Virus record (IMG/VR): IMGVR_UViG_3300023100_000001
Coordinates: 1-47,769 of that record
Reading direction: 5' to 3' (one strand)
DNA: 47,769 nt
Source of the DNA: a virus
Lineage: Duplodnaviria > Caudoviricetes
Position 1 is the first letter of the stretch, and the number at the start of each line of letters is the position of its first letter. A model generated the notes under the pieces. The model did not search any database. It saw nothing but the letters and a program-made list of their open reading frames with translations, and was not told where the DNA came from. Shown here piece after piece: positions 8,154-16,506 of this stretch. Made by a program: the position numbers and the translations under genes.

Positions 8154-8551
8154 TAATTTCTTGTTTGCATAAGACCAAGCTTCACAGCTTCATCCATAGG
8201 TAAATTATTGTGTATGTAGTCATGACAGTTCCGGCAAACGGAAAGCCAGGTTTCCTGATTTCTTAAATTTGCAGTTCTTCCCTTGCGGTGGTGCAAGTCA
8301 GTACTTTTTGCAGTGCATACCTTTGATACTTTCGCATGGCAGAATTTATTCTGAGCCATGAAGACATCTCTTTCTCGTCTGTAAAGCACAAGTTCTTTTT
8401 GGCGCTTATCACTCACCGGCTTTATCTTATTTCTTGGCTTGAATGTCTGTGGATTGAGCCGGAAATTGCAGTCTTTACATAGGCGTGCTTTCGCATTCCA
8501 TAAAGGGAGCATTCTGAGGCATCCTTGGCATTCTTTGATGGATGGCTTCAT
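8153..8551 (-). CDS. HNH endonuclease with CxxC Zn sites
   Basis: STDLHHRKGR...WLSVCRNCHDYIH. Confidence 0.8.
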   Translation of the reverse strand: MKPSIKECQGCLRMLPLWNAKARLCKDCNFRLNPQTFKPRNKIKPVSDKRQKELVLYRRERDVFMAQNKFCHAKVSKVCTAKSTDLHHRKGRTANLRNQETWLSVCRNCHDYIHNNLPMDEAVKLGLMQTRN

Positions 8552-8802
8552 GCAACTCTTTCGCCAATAGTTAATATATTGTTTCCTAATCTCGATATAT
8601 CCATTCCTCCCTTTTCCATGATCTTCATTGCTTCTATTGTCACTTTACTTGACTCGATGATCATGTCTGCCACTTCTGATATTGCCTTGCTACGATTGAT
8701 TTCTAACTGTAATTGATCGCATGAAATATCATCATTGTTCAGCCTTTCAAGCTGTGCAAAAAGATGGTTGTTCAGATCGCTTATTTTGTTTTTTGATGAC
8801 AC
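8548..8802 (-). CDS. Conserved small phage protein (DLNNHLFAQLERL type)
   Basis: Motif I recognise as commonly adjacent to HNH genes in phages. Confidence 0.75.
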   Translation of the reverse strand: MSSKNKISDLNNHLFAQLERLNNDDISCDQLQLEINRSKAISEVADMIIESSKVTIEAMKIMEKGGMDISRLGNNILTIGERVA

Positions 8803-9442
8803 TTTGCTTAAGTTTATTGATTAATGTTATTGATTGTTTTATTTCATGTGGCAGCTTCACGCCACCCCTTTTATTATGTTGTGATTGTTCGGATCTTGCA
8901 ACCAGATACAGATTATCAATTTCACAATTCATACTGTCGTTGTCCTTGAATTGCACATTAAATCCTTTTGGAATTGTTCCATTTTGTAGCTCCCAGACAT
9001 ATCTGTGGTATGGCATCCAATTACCGATTGAAACTCTGATGTATTTGTATGCCCTTGGATTATATCCGCTTTTGTTTTCATGCCTAATAGTGATCGTTCC
9101 GTCTTGATCTTTTGCATTGGCCGGAACATTACCTTTTTTAAACATTGTCCTTTTCACCTTTTCGTAAGTTTCATTGGACATTTTTTGCCCTTTATTCTCC
9201 GGAATCCTACCTTTCGAATATCTGTGTGCCGCCCCATCTCTTTTAAGTCTTTCTGCTTGTCTTTGGAATTCAACTTTTTGAGAATATTCTGATTTGCTGA
9301 GATCCAAAAAATGCACCCTGTTGTAAATCGAACATTCAGATCTTTGCATCCATTTTGAAAGAAATTTTGCGCTTAAATTCGGATACCATTCAATCAGTAA
9401 CCTATCTTCGCTGTCAGACCATTTTGTGTTTCTGCCCTTCAT
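8747..9442 (-). CDS. HNH endonuclease family protein
   Basis: FKKGNVPAN, HRYVWELQNGTIPKG...FKDNDSMNCEIDNLYLV. Confidence 0.85.
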   Translation of the reverse strand: MKGRNTKWSDSEDRLLIEWYPNLSAKFLSKWMQRSECSIYNRVHFLDLSKSEYSQKVEFQRQAERLKRDGAAHRYSKGRIPENKGQKMSNETYEKVKRTMFKKGNVPANAKDQDGTITIRHENKSGYNPRAYKYIRVSIGNWMPYHRYVWELQNGTIPKGFNVQFKDNDSMNCEIDNLYLVARSEQSQHNKRGGVKLPHEIKQSITLINKLKQSVIKKQNKRSEQPSFCTA

Positions 9443-9669
9443 TTCCTTTTCCCTTTTATTATCACCTCCCTTGCTACAAAATCCACTGATAATTTATCCG
9501 CCGGTACATGAAATTTTTCATCACCTTTTTGACAGATTACAAGTTCTCCGGAGTGTACAGGTAGATAATCCAATACAGTCACCAGATCACCCTGAGAAGC
9601 ATACTTTGTGCCCTTGCTGTGGGAGATGATGTCTGTTGTTACGTACATTTTAGTTTGCGTGGCTTGCAT
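9439..9669 (-). CDS. Hypothetical SH3-like small protein
   Basis: 76 aa; starts MQATQT like 11393-12427. Confidence 0.7.
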   Translation of the reverse strand: MQATQTKMYVTTDIISHSKGTKYASQGDLVTVLDYLPVHSGELVICQKGDEKFHVPADKLSVDFVAREVIIKGKRK

Positions 9670-9725
9670 TAGAAGTTTGTTTTATATTAAATTTTCAAAT
9701 GTGATGGGTTAAAAAAAGTGATGGG

Positions 9726-10457
9726 TTAGGCCACTTTTTTAAGCATCAATGATTTATTAAAGTCAATCTGAGAAAGCCTTTCATCTTCCATTTTATTTAA
9801 TCGCTCCCGGCACTTGATAATCTTTTCTTTCAGCTTTTCAATGTCAGATTCTTTGCGCTCGATCTCCCATATTTTAAATCTTTCTTCCAATGGCATATGG
9901 TCGAATACATGGAGCTTTCTAAGTTCTTCGCATGCTTCCAGATAATCAGGGCTTTCCATTGTGGTAAATCTACCTGTGTAGAATAATTTGCGCTCTTCGT
10001 CCATGATCATATGTTCCGGAGTATTATTCAAAGAGTAGAATAGACGTGCTTTAGGTTTATCCCAAAGCCACATATAGGCGACTAATTGCCAATAGTAGAC
10101 ATCGGTTAATGAAGCTGTGCCGAATGTGAAAAGCGTATAAGCGGATTTAATATCATAGATTGTATCACCAACTACACAATCACATTCGCCGTGTACAAAC
10201 CCATTATGAATTCGTTTTTTGTTTTTAAGGACAAGTTTGTTGGAGTGAATTGTATTTTGTAGCATCGTTATTCCGTCCTCTTCGGTTAGATTACCCTTTT
10301 CAAAATACTTGGTGGATATGTCTTTACGTATTCCGTAAGTTTCGCCGATAAACATTTCTTTGAGATAAGTATCATTGCCTTGAGTAATCTCACCTCTTGA
10401 GCTCATTATCCTGCCAACTGCAGAAGATCGGAACTCGTAGTTATCATACTTTTGCAT
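9726..10457 (-). CDS. YqaJ/lambda-exonuclease-like recombination nuclease
   Basis: FRSSAVGRIM, KGNLTEE, GECD...YDIKS, YYWQLVAYM; adjacent to recT. Confidence 0.8.
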   Translation of the reverse strand: MQKYDNYEFRSSAVGRIMSSRGEITQGNDTYLKEMFIGETYGIRKDISTKYFEKGNLTEEDGITMLQNTIHSNKLVLKNKKRIHNGFVHGECDCVVGDTIYDIKSAYTLFTFGTASLTDVYYWQLVAYMWLWDKPKARLFYSLNNTPEHMIMDEERKLFYTGRFTTMESPDYLEACEELRKLHVFDHMPLEERFKIWEIERKESDIEKLKEKIIKCRERLNKMEDERLSQIDFNKSLMLKKVA

Positions 10458-11367
10458 ATGCTTCTCTTTTTTGGTTGAATAAATCTTGTTGCCCGTCCGT
10501 CAATTCTACTTCGAACAAGTCAATTTCTGCCTCTCTCAATGAATCTTCGTCAGATATTGCATCAATGAATTTTGTTACCCGGTCCGCTTCTTTAGTTTTT
10601 GCAACTTCCTGGACATCGATCACTTCAACCGAATCCGTATATGTCACATCCATTGTATCAGAGTTGTTGATGACCGCTTGATCAGCTATGTTTGCTTTTT
10701 GCATCTCAATAGATAGTGGAGCGTATTTTGCAAGCAGTAACTTGATGACGGTTTTAAGGGCCATAGAATCAAAATCATCTTTCCATAGACCAAACCCCTT
10801 TTTGAAAGTCTGGCTGTATTTCGTGCCATGCTTTCGGACATCTTCAACTGTTACAAACATGGTTTTTTCAAAGCCATTCATCAGACTGAAGTATGAAGCA
10901 TACCCAATAACCTTATCAGATGTTTTTTTGGTAAAGTCAAATACAAAGCCTGTAAGCGGGTTTTCTTCAACAAGCTGACCTTCATAAATAGGAGTGCCGG
11001 AAATTGTTTTGAATAAACCTGTGCGCTGTGCTAATTGGATATATCCTTTATAACCCATCTGGAATTGCGCAACATTTTTATAAGAGCCGTCTTTTTGTTT
11101 AGATTTATAAGGCACTATGTACGCAAATCCAAGATTGTTATTCAGTGGTAAGTCTAATGTAGCTGCCACTACTGCACTGTGATATACAGATGTCAAGTCT
11201 GCATTTTTTAATAGGTCGTTGGATGCCACAATCTGCAAAACAGATGTTACAAAAGCGGATGCACGCTTTCCAAGTAGTTCTTCAAACTTTTGCCTGACTG
11301 ATATGCCCTGCATAAAGTCTTTCAGGCTCATTGGTTTTTGATCGGTTTTTTGTACTTCGGTACTCAT
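10444..11367 (-). CDS. recT: RecT-family ssDNA annealing recombinase
   Basis: LGFAYIVPY, AQFQMGYKGYIQLAQRTG, WKDDFDSMALKTVIKLLL. Confidence 0.93.
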   Translation of the reverse strand: MSTEVQKTDQKPMSLKDFMQGISVRQKFEELLGKRASAFVTSVLQIVASNDLLKNADLTSVYHSAVVAATLDLPLNNNLGFAYIVPYKSKQKDGSYKNVAQFQMGYKGYIQLAQRTGLFKTISGTPIYEGQLVEENPLTGFVFDFTKKTSDKVIGYASYFSLMNGFEKTMFVTVEDVRKHGTKYSQTFKKGFGLWKDDFDSMALKTVIKLLLAKYAPLSIEMQKANIADQAVINNSDTMDVTYTDSVEVIDVQEVAKTKEADRVTKFIDAISDEDSLREAEIDLFEVELTDGQQDLFNQKREAYAKV

Positions 11368-11392
11368 TAGTTAATATTTTTAATTTGATAGA

Positions 11393-12427
11393 TTAGATTG
11401 CGGATGTGTTTTCTCTGATGTATGTGGTGACTTTGCCTAAAAGTATTCTAGTATTAGCAAGGATTTTTTCTGCATCTTCACTTGACATTGTAGGGAGTTG
11501 TAATGATTCTATTGAAACCGCAAGTGCTTCAAGTTTTGCTTTGTCCGGTGCTGATTTCGCTTTCTTTTCTGCAAGTTGTTTGGCCTTTAATTCTGCGGCT
11601 TCTTTTTCGGATTTTTCCTTTGTCGCTCTTTCCTCTGCATCTTTTTTGGCTTTTAATTCAGCTTCAAGTTTTGCAGATGCTTCACGCTCCGCTTTGAGTT
11701 TCAATTCCGCTTCCTCTCTTTCTTTTCGTGCCTTTTCCTCAGCAACTTTTCTTTCAGATTCTACCTTTGCCCTCTCAGCAGCGATTTCCTTTTCTCTGGC
11801 TTCACGCTCCGCTTTGAGTTTTTCGTTTTCAATTCGCATTCTTTCTCTTTCCTCTGCTACAGCTTTTTCACGTGCTATTCTTTCGGCTTCTGCCTGTTTG
11901 ATCGCATCTTCTTTTTGCTGAAGTTGAAGTTTTGCACCGTTCAATGTTTTTTGATAATCATCTTCTGACATTCTACCAAAGTCAAGACCGAAAGGGACGA
12001 ATTCAGAATAAGCGGATATTTCTGCCTCTCTTTCTGATTTAAGTATTTCTCTTTGTTTTGCTTCTTGGATTTCAGCAAATTTTTCCTGCTCTTCAAGATG
12101 CTTTTCGATAGGAGCGATTAGGTATTCAATTACATTGTACACTCCCTGTACTGCCTTGCCATATCTTAGACTATCCTCTTTTAATTCCTTGCGTTTTTTA
12201 TCAGCACTTACGCGAATGTCTTTCAATGCAAGCCTTGCCTCTCTTGCCATTTTCATTTCACGTGTTTGTGATACATCAGTCACTACAAGTTCATGTGCTT
12301 TGCTTTTCCATGCTTCTGCCTGTTCAAAAAAAGGCAAAAAGGATTCTTTTAATGTTTTTGCCGTTGTGGCTTCCAGATTATTTGATTCTACAACCTGAAT
12401 AAGTTCGTTAGTTTGCGTTGCTTGCAT
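11393..12427 (-). CDS. Long coiled-coil protein upstream of recT
   Basis: E/K/A/R-rich helical 344-aa protein. Confidence 0.8.
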   Translation of the reverse strand: MQATQTNELIQVVESNNLEATTAKTLKESFLPFFEQAEAWKSKAHELVVTDVSQTREMKMAREARLALKDIRVSADKKRKELKEDSLRYGKAVQGVYNVIEYLIAPIEKHLEEQEKFAEIQEAKQREILKSEREAEISAYSEFVPFGLDFGRMSEDDYQKTLNGAKLQLQQKEDAIKQAEAERIAREKAVAEERERMRIENEKLKAEREAREKEIAAERAKVESERKVAEEKARKEREEAELKLKAEREASAKLEAELKAKKDAEERATKEKSEKEAAELKAKQLAEKKAKSAPDKAKLEALAVSIESLQLPTMSSEDAEKILANTRILLGKVTTYIRENTSAI

Positions 12428-12440
12428 TAGTTAATTTTAT

Positions 12441-12686
12441 TTAAAATGTTATTGATAGATTAGATTCTTTATTATTCATCATCAGATCGATTTCCTCCCG
12501 TTCGCATTCTGATAATCTCCATTGATCTATGCCGGATCTCAGGTTATCAAGTTGCTCATATGTGTCGCAGCTTCTGATGGATTTGGCGAGCATTTTGTAC
12601 TTCTCGCTTTTGTGATGAAAATTGTTAATTATTACGTGTGGATCAGGAGCGAATATTGATCCGAATACAGAGAATAGGTCGGTCAT
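12441..12686 (-). CDS. Hypothetical protein
   Basis: 81-aa ORF within the operon. Confidence 0.65.
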   Translation of the reverse strand: MTDLFSVFGSIFAPDPHVIINNFHHKSEKYKMLAKSIRSCDTYEQLDNLRSGIDQWRLSECEREEIDLMMNNKESNLSITF

Positions 12687-12688
12687 GC

Positions 12689-13219
12689 TTACGTCTTTGA
12701 TACAGTTAATAAATTACCCCTTTCGGAGAAGTCAAAATGTAGTTTGTTATTTCGGGTTGCCTTTTCGAAAGTGGCATCAAGTCTTACCCTTGACATCACT
12801 TTCTTTTCTGCAGACCACCCACCGCCCTGATTGGATTTTATGCACCCAACGAAATAAGGCTGTGGTTTAAAAATGAGTGATCCTTTAATTGTGCTTGAAC
12901 CGGCTTTGTCATTGATTTGGATTTGATTAGCCATAGTGAGTTCCAGGTAATTCTTAATGTCGCTTTCAATATCTTCTGAATATTCGAGATAATCCCGAAT
13001 GTCTATTTCCTGTAAATAAGTATCTCCGTTTCGATTTGATGGATCGTCTGGATGTGATAATGGATGATCGATTTCTATTTCCCCGATCTTGTTTTCTGCC
13101 CGCAGATACATTTCAAAATGTTCAAGCGGAATTTCTGTTGACCGGGCATCATCGAAGTTGGAATAATCCACCTCAATAATTTTTCCGTTGATTTCGTGGT
13201 TATGAATGGTTATTTGCAT
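12689..13219 (-). CDS. Hypothetical protein
   Basis: 176-aa ORF; its leader overlaps the antisense RNA candidate. Confidence 0.7.
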   Translation of the reverse strand: MQITIHNHEINGKIIEVDYSNFDDARSTEIPLEHFEMYLRAENKIGEIEIDHPLSHPDDPSNRNGDTYLQEIDIRDYLEYSEDIESDIKNYLELTMANQIQINDKAGSSTIKGSLIFKPQPYFVGCIKSNQGGGWSAEKKVMSRVRLDATFEKATRNNKLHFDFSERGNLLTVSKT

Positions 13220-13230
13220 TATCTTTGCTT

Positions 13231-13289
13231 TTGATAGATTAACTAATTCATTAGTTAATAGAAAGCCTCATTTGCCGTGAGGCTTTTTT
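13231..13289 (+). ncRNA. Putative small antisense RNA (about 58 nt)
   Basis: Plus-strand TATCTTTG -7 box (13220-13227), hairpin ATTAACTAAT-TC-ATTAGTTAAT (13238-13259), terminator AAAGCCTCA-N7-TGAGGCTTT plus T tract (13262-13289). Confidence 0.6.
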
Positions 13290-13500
13290 ATGCCCTCTGC
13301 ATTTTTAGCGGTTGATTGTGTTTGTTCGTCAGGAATTTTATCCTATTCCGGATGTGAGCAAATGCCACCTGATGATTTTCTTTAGGAAGGCTTTCGATTT
13401 GCTTCTGAAGGTTATACATATCATCCAATTTTAAAGCGTGTCTGATCGCATATACTATTTGGTGGAAGTCCATTGGTTTTACTGTTGCTGTAGCTGTCAT
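13288..13500 (-). CDS. Hypothetical protein
   Basis: 70-aa ORF. Confidence 0.65.
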   Translation of the reverse strand: MTATATVKPMDFHQIVYAIRHALKLDDMYNLQKQIESLPKENHQVAFAHIRNRIKFLTNKHNQPLKMQRA

Positions 13501-13521
13501 TATTTATGATGTTTAGATTAT

Positions 13522-13590
13522 TTACTTCTTTTTATCACTCAATACCCAAGGCATTAAGAGTGCGGTTATTAATAGGATTAGGTTTGTCAT
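13522..13590 (-). CDS. Small hydrophobic peptide (22 aa)
   Basis: MTNLILLITALLMPWVLSDKKK, downstream of a hairpin at 13604-13626. Confidence 0.4.
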   Translation of the reverse strand: MTNLILLITALLMPWVLSDKKK

Positions 13591-13666
13591 TTCTTCGAAT
13601 TTAGCGGTAGATATTACCTCTGCCGCCCTTAGTTAAATATGAGTAAGTGTGCCAAGTGGCGTGTGT

Positions 13667-13738
13667 GTGACTGATCCGGGTGTCGCTCCCGTCCAACATC
13701 CTTGTACTTTGGATGCCTGCCTCGTTGGCTTCAGTCTC
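13667..13738 (-). ncRNA. tRNA-like cloverleaf (non-canonical), possible regulatory RNA
   Basis: 72 nt: GAGACTG/CAGTCAC acceptor (one mismatch), GCC-AACGA-GGC, CATCC-AAAGTACAA-GGATG, CGGG-AGCGACA-CCCG. Confidence 0.5.
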
Positions 13739-13961
13739 CCCTTTGTCGTCTTTTCCTCTGTGACTATAATTGCGCCTACCACAATGTCAAATGTGTCACT
13801 TCGCAATTCAGAGTAATAAGATTTTGAGGTTGGTCTCACTTCTTCGTGGTTAGTTGTTATTTCTTTAAAAAGCAGCCTGAATAACTTTTTACCCCGACTG
13901 CTTGGTCTTATTAAGTCGTGCATTCCGATACTCAATAAGAGAACTTCTCTAAATAATATTC

Positions 13962-14168
13962 TTAGTGGCCTCGTTTGGCTTTCACTGTGCGGCTATCCAT
14001 ATATTCGTCTAGCCACTCTTTTTTAAATCTTAGATCTCTCCCTAATCTGCTACTTGTGATCTTATTATTTTTTAATAATGCAGCCATAGTGCTATAGCTG
14101 ATTTTTAAATAATTCATGGCCTCCTCTTTAGTCATAAATGGTATTGGTTCGGCTTTCATATTATTCAT
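13962..14168 (-). CDS. Excisionase/Cro-like HTH protein
   Basis: MTKEEAMNYLKISYSTM...SRLGRDLRFKKEWLDEYM; divergent from CI. Confidence 0.88.
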   Translation of the reverse strand: MNNMKAEPIPFMTKEEAMNYLKISYSTMAALLKNNKITSSRLGRDLRFKKEWLDEYMDSRTVKAKRGH

Positions 14169-14260
14169 TCTTTATATAATTTATTTTAATATGGAATAGT
14201 ATTTGCATCTGCAAAGCCTTACTGCTTTTGTAAAATTGTGCTTGATTGCTGATGACTTGA

Positions 14261-14302
14261 CAAATGTACAATACTATACAATACAAAACTATACTATACT
14301 TA
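14261..14302. promoter_or_regulatory. Early leftward promoter and candidate CI operator
   Basis: TACATTTG (minus, 14261-14268) abutting tandem TATAC/AATAC pentamers. Confidence 0.6.
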
Positions 14303-14324
14303 TTTATTAACTATTAATTAACAA

Positions 14325-14945
14325 ATGGATTTCGATTTAGCAAATTTTATTGAGGAGCGCGGACTGAAGCAAAAGGATATTGTGGATATTTTGAACGTAA
14401 GCAAGGGCGCTGTTTCCAACGTTGTAACGGGTAAGGAAAAAATACCATCAGGATGGGTAGATATTTTACTTTCAGCGGATTTTAGTAATGTTGCCACAAC
14501 AAAAAAAATAGGATATTCTAAAGAACAGCAATTACATTTAAAGCCTAAGCCGTTTTTTGATTATGAGGTATACGGATCTTTTGATACTGTTATTAGCCAC
14601 TTGCTTGTCAATGCAAAGCCTAGCGCAATGTATAATATTCCGTATCTCAATGGATGCGATTGTTATTTAAGGCTTTCCGGGGATAGTATGTATTCTAAAT
14701 ATTGCCACGGTGACATTTTGGCTTTGAAGCGGATTTTTAACTTAACCGATTTTATATTAAATGAAGTTTATGTGGTTGTAACGACAGGTGACCATCAGAA
14801 CACAACAAAATATATTCAGCAAGATCCTAAAAATGAAGATAGATGGCTTTTAGTCGCATATAATCCGAAGGCCGGAGCTCCACAATCAATACCAAAAGAA
14901 AACATACTTGAACTCTGGCAAGTTATGGGGGCGGTTAAAATATAA
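14325..14945 (+). CDS. cI: CI-like repressor (HTH plus S24 autopeptidase)
   Basis: GLKQKDIVDILNVSKGAVSNVVTG HTH; LSGDSM serine, TTKY lysine, LVAYNP. Confidence 0.92.
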   Translation: MDFDLANFIEERGLKQKDIVDILNVSKGAVSNVVTGKEKIPSGWVDILLSADFSNVATTKKIGYSKEQQLHLKPKPFFDYEVYGSFDTVISHLLVNAKPSAMYNIPYLNGCDCYLRLSGDSMYSKYCHGDILALKRIFNLTDFILNEVYVVVTTGDHQNTTKYIQQDPKNEDRWLLVAYNPKAGAPQSIPKENILELWQVMGAVKI

Positions 14946-14973
14946 TTTGTAATTTTGTCAAAATTCGAATATC

Positions 14974-15201
14974 ATGAAAAAAATATTTACTTTCCTTTCA
15001 CTTGTATTACTTATTTCATCATGCGCACCAGAAGGATCTGGTCGTGTAAGTGATGAAATCCCATTTTGCTGGACTTGCTATTTTGATAGTAAAACAGACT
15101 CGTATTCAGAAGATCTCTGCGGGTACACTCAATCAGATATTTACCGTTATGTTCGGAAAAATTCCGTCAATGGCTATTTTGTAGAATGCGAACAAGAATG
15201 A
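14974..15201 (+). CDS. Small lipoprotein (superinfection-exclusion candidate)
   Basis: MKKIFTFLSLVLLISSC lipobox; CWTC plus further Cys; own TAATTTTG box at 14950-14957. Confidence 0.75.
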   Translation: MKKIFTFLSLVLLISSCAPEGSGRVSDEIPFCWTCYFDSKTDSYSEDLCGYTQSDIYRYVRKNSVNGYFVECEQE

Positions 15202-15216
15202 CCATTTCGTTAAGTA

Positions 15217-15431
15217 ATAATGAAAACATAATGAAAGGAATCTTTTGTTTCTGTAAAACCCAATAATATACGCATCTTTAAAAATATAGGGTAATCCCAG
15301 CGGGATCACTAAGGCCTCTTGTGTTTACAAGGGGCCTTTTAGTTTTCATGCGGCTTTGATGTATTTTTCTATACTTTACTATTTTATATTATGTACCTTT
15401 ACAATGAAAATATAATGAAAGAATAATGAAA
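15217..15431. other. attP: attP site: tRNA-3'-end core flanked by arm-type repeats
   Basis: Core AATCCCAGCGGGATCAC (15293-15309); AYAATGAAA at 15217 and 15228, and at 15401, 15412 and 15423 (11-bp period). Confidence 0.85.
15311..15340 (+). terminator. Intrinsic terminator following the tRNA core
   Basis: AAGGCCTCTTGT-GTTT-ACAAGGGGCCTT followed by TT. Confidence 0.8.
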
Positions 15432-15441
15432 ATGTTAAAAA

Positions 15442-16506
15442 GTGAGAATATACCCGTACCTCGACACTAGATTTACAAAGCGCAACGGGCTGTTTACTAT
15501 AAAAATAGTTATTGACAGCCTGGTAGATGGTAAGCAAAAGCAGAAGCACATAAACACCCAGATAGAAATAGAAAAGAAGTATTGGAAAGACGGCAACCTG
15601 TTGAGATCATGCCCTGATTATCATTTTATAAATTCCTTTTTGACAAATAAGCTGGCTGAACTTAGGACACAGCACATTGTATCATTGGCATCAGGCAAGA
15701 CATTATTTGAAGCGATCGACAATAAAAAGCCATCAACATTTGAAGCATTTGTTTTAGACCGGGTCAAATACTATGAGAGTATTGGCAAAAAGCAATATGG
15801 CAATAGGTTATTGAGTGTTTTTAAGGAAAATAACGGAATGCAAGCTGAAGAATACCATAGTTGGTTGATCAAAAAAGGTAATGGACCAAATATGATATTT
15901 AAAAAATTTAAGTATTTGAGGCAGCTTTATGACAAATTTGATCCAAGCGGAAAGAATCCATTTAAAATTACTATCAAGCAGGTCCCGGTAAATAGGGTAA
16001 AACTGTCGAAAGAAGTAATGCACCGGATGGAAGAGATAAAACTTGATGGAACTCTTGACTTTACCAGAGATTTATTTTTATTCTCATATTACTGCAAGGG
16101 AATGAGGTTTCAAAACTGTATAGATGTAAAGAAGGAAGATATCAGGGATGGCCGGATCTATTTTCCAAAAATAAGCAAATCAAATAAACCCATTTCAGTA
16201 AAAATACATCCAAAGCTGCAGGACCTTATAAATAAGTATAAATCAGATGATGAAAACTTATTCCGTCTCTTATCAAATAATGAGGTTAATGTAAATTTAA
16301 AAGGGATTGCCCTTATGCTCGGTATTAAAGAAAAGCTTTCGTTCCATATCGCGCGGCATAGTTTATCTATGAACTTAAAGCGGTCCGGGATTTCTACAGA
16401 TGTTATTTCAGATGTGCTTGGTCACGGCGATACAAAAACTACTCAGGATTACTTAAATGCCCTGGATGATGAATTGCTTGATCCGGCGCTCGACAACTTC
16501 TATTAA
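15442..16506 (+). CDS. int: Tyrosine integrase with N-terminal arm-binding domain
   Basis: GMRF (R), K, FHIARHS, LGHGDTKTTQDY catalytic residues; GTG start. Confidence 0.96.
   Translation: MRIYPYLDTRFTKRNGLFTIKIVIDSLVDGKQKQKHINTQIEIEKKYWKDGNLLRSCPDYHFINSFLTNKLAELRTQHIVSLASGKTLFEAIDNKKPSTFEAFVLDRVKYYESIGKKQYGNRLLSVFKENNGMQAEEYHSWLIKKGNGPNMIFKKFKYLRQLYDKFDPSGKNPFKITIKQVPVNRVKLSKEVMHRMEEIKLDGTLDFTRDLFLFSYYCKGMRFQNCIDVKKEDIRDGRIYFPKISKSNKPISVKIHPKLQDLINKYKSDDENLFRLLSNNEVNVNLKGIALMLGIKEKLSFHIARHSLSMNLKRSGISTDVISDVLGHGDTKTTQDYLNALDDELLDPALDNFY

Noticed and set aside
11679-11821. 23-bp direct repeat GCTTCACGCTCCGCTTTGAGTTT
   Set aside because: Encodes the repeated KLKAEREA segment of a coiled coil; internal gene duplication
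11406-11921. Long plus-strand antisense ORFs here and at 4519, 8721, 26977, 41042 and similar
   Set aside because: Ser/Phe/Leu-rich shadows of real minus-strand genes
13667-13738. Functional tRNA gene
   Set aside because: No TTC T-loop, a 9-nt anticodon loop, a short D-arm and an acceptor mismatch
13633-13935. 100-aa ORF in the ORF track
   Set aside because: TTG start, no recognisable features, and it overlaps the structured RNA elements; probably spurious although not excluded
15217-15431. CRISPR-like or tandem repeat array
   Set aside because: Repeats are 9 bp with an 11-bp period and no spacers; they fit integrase arm sites
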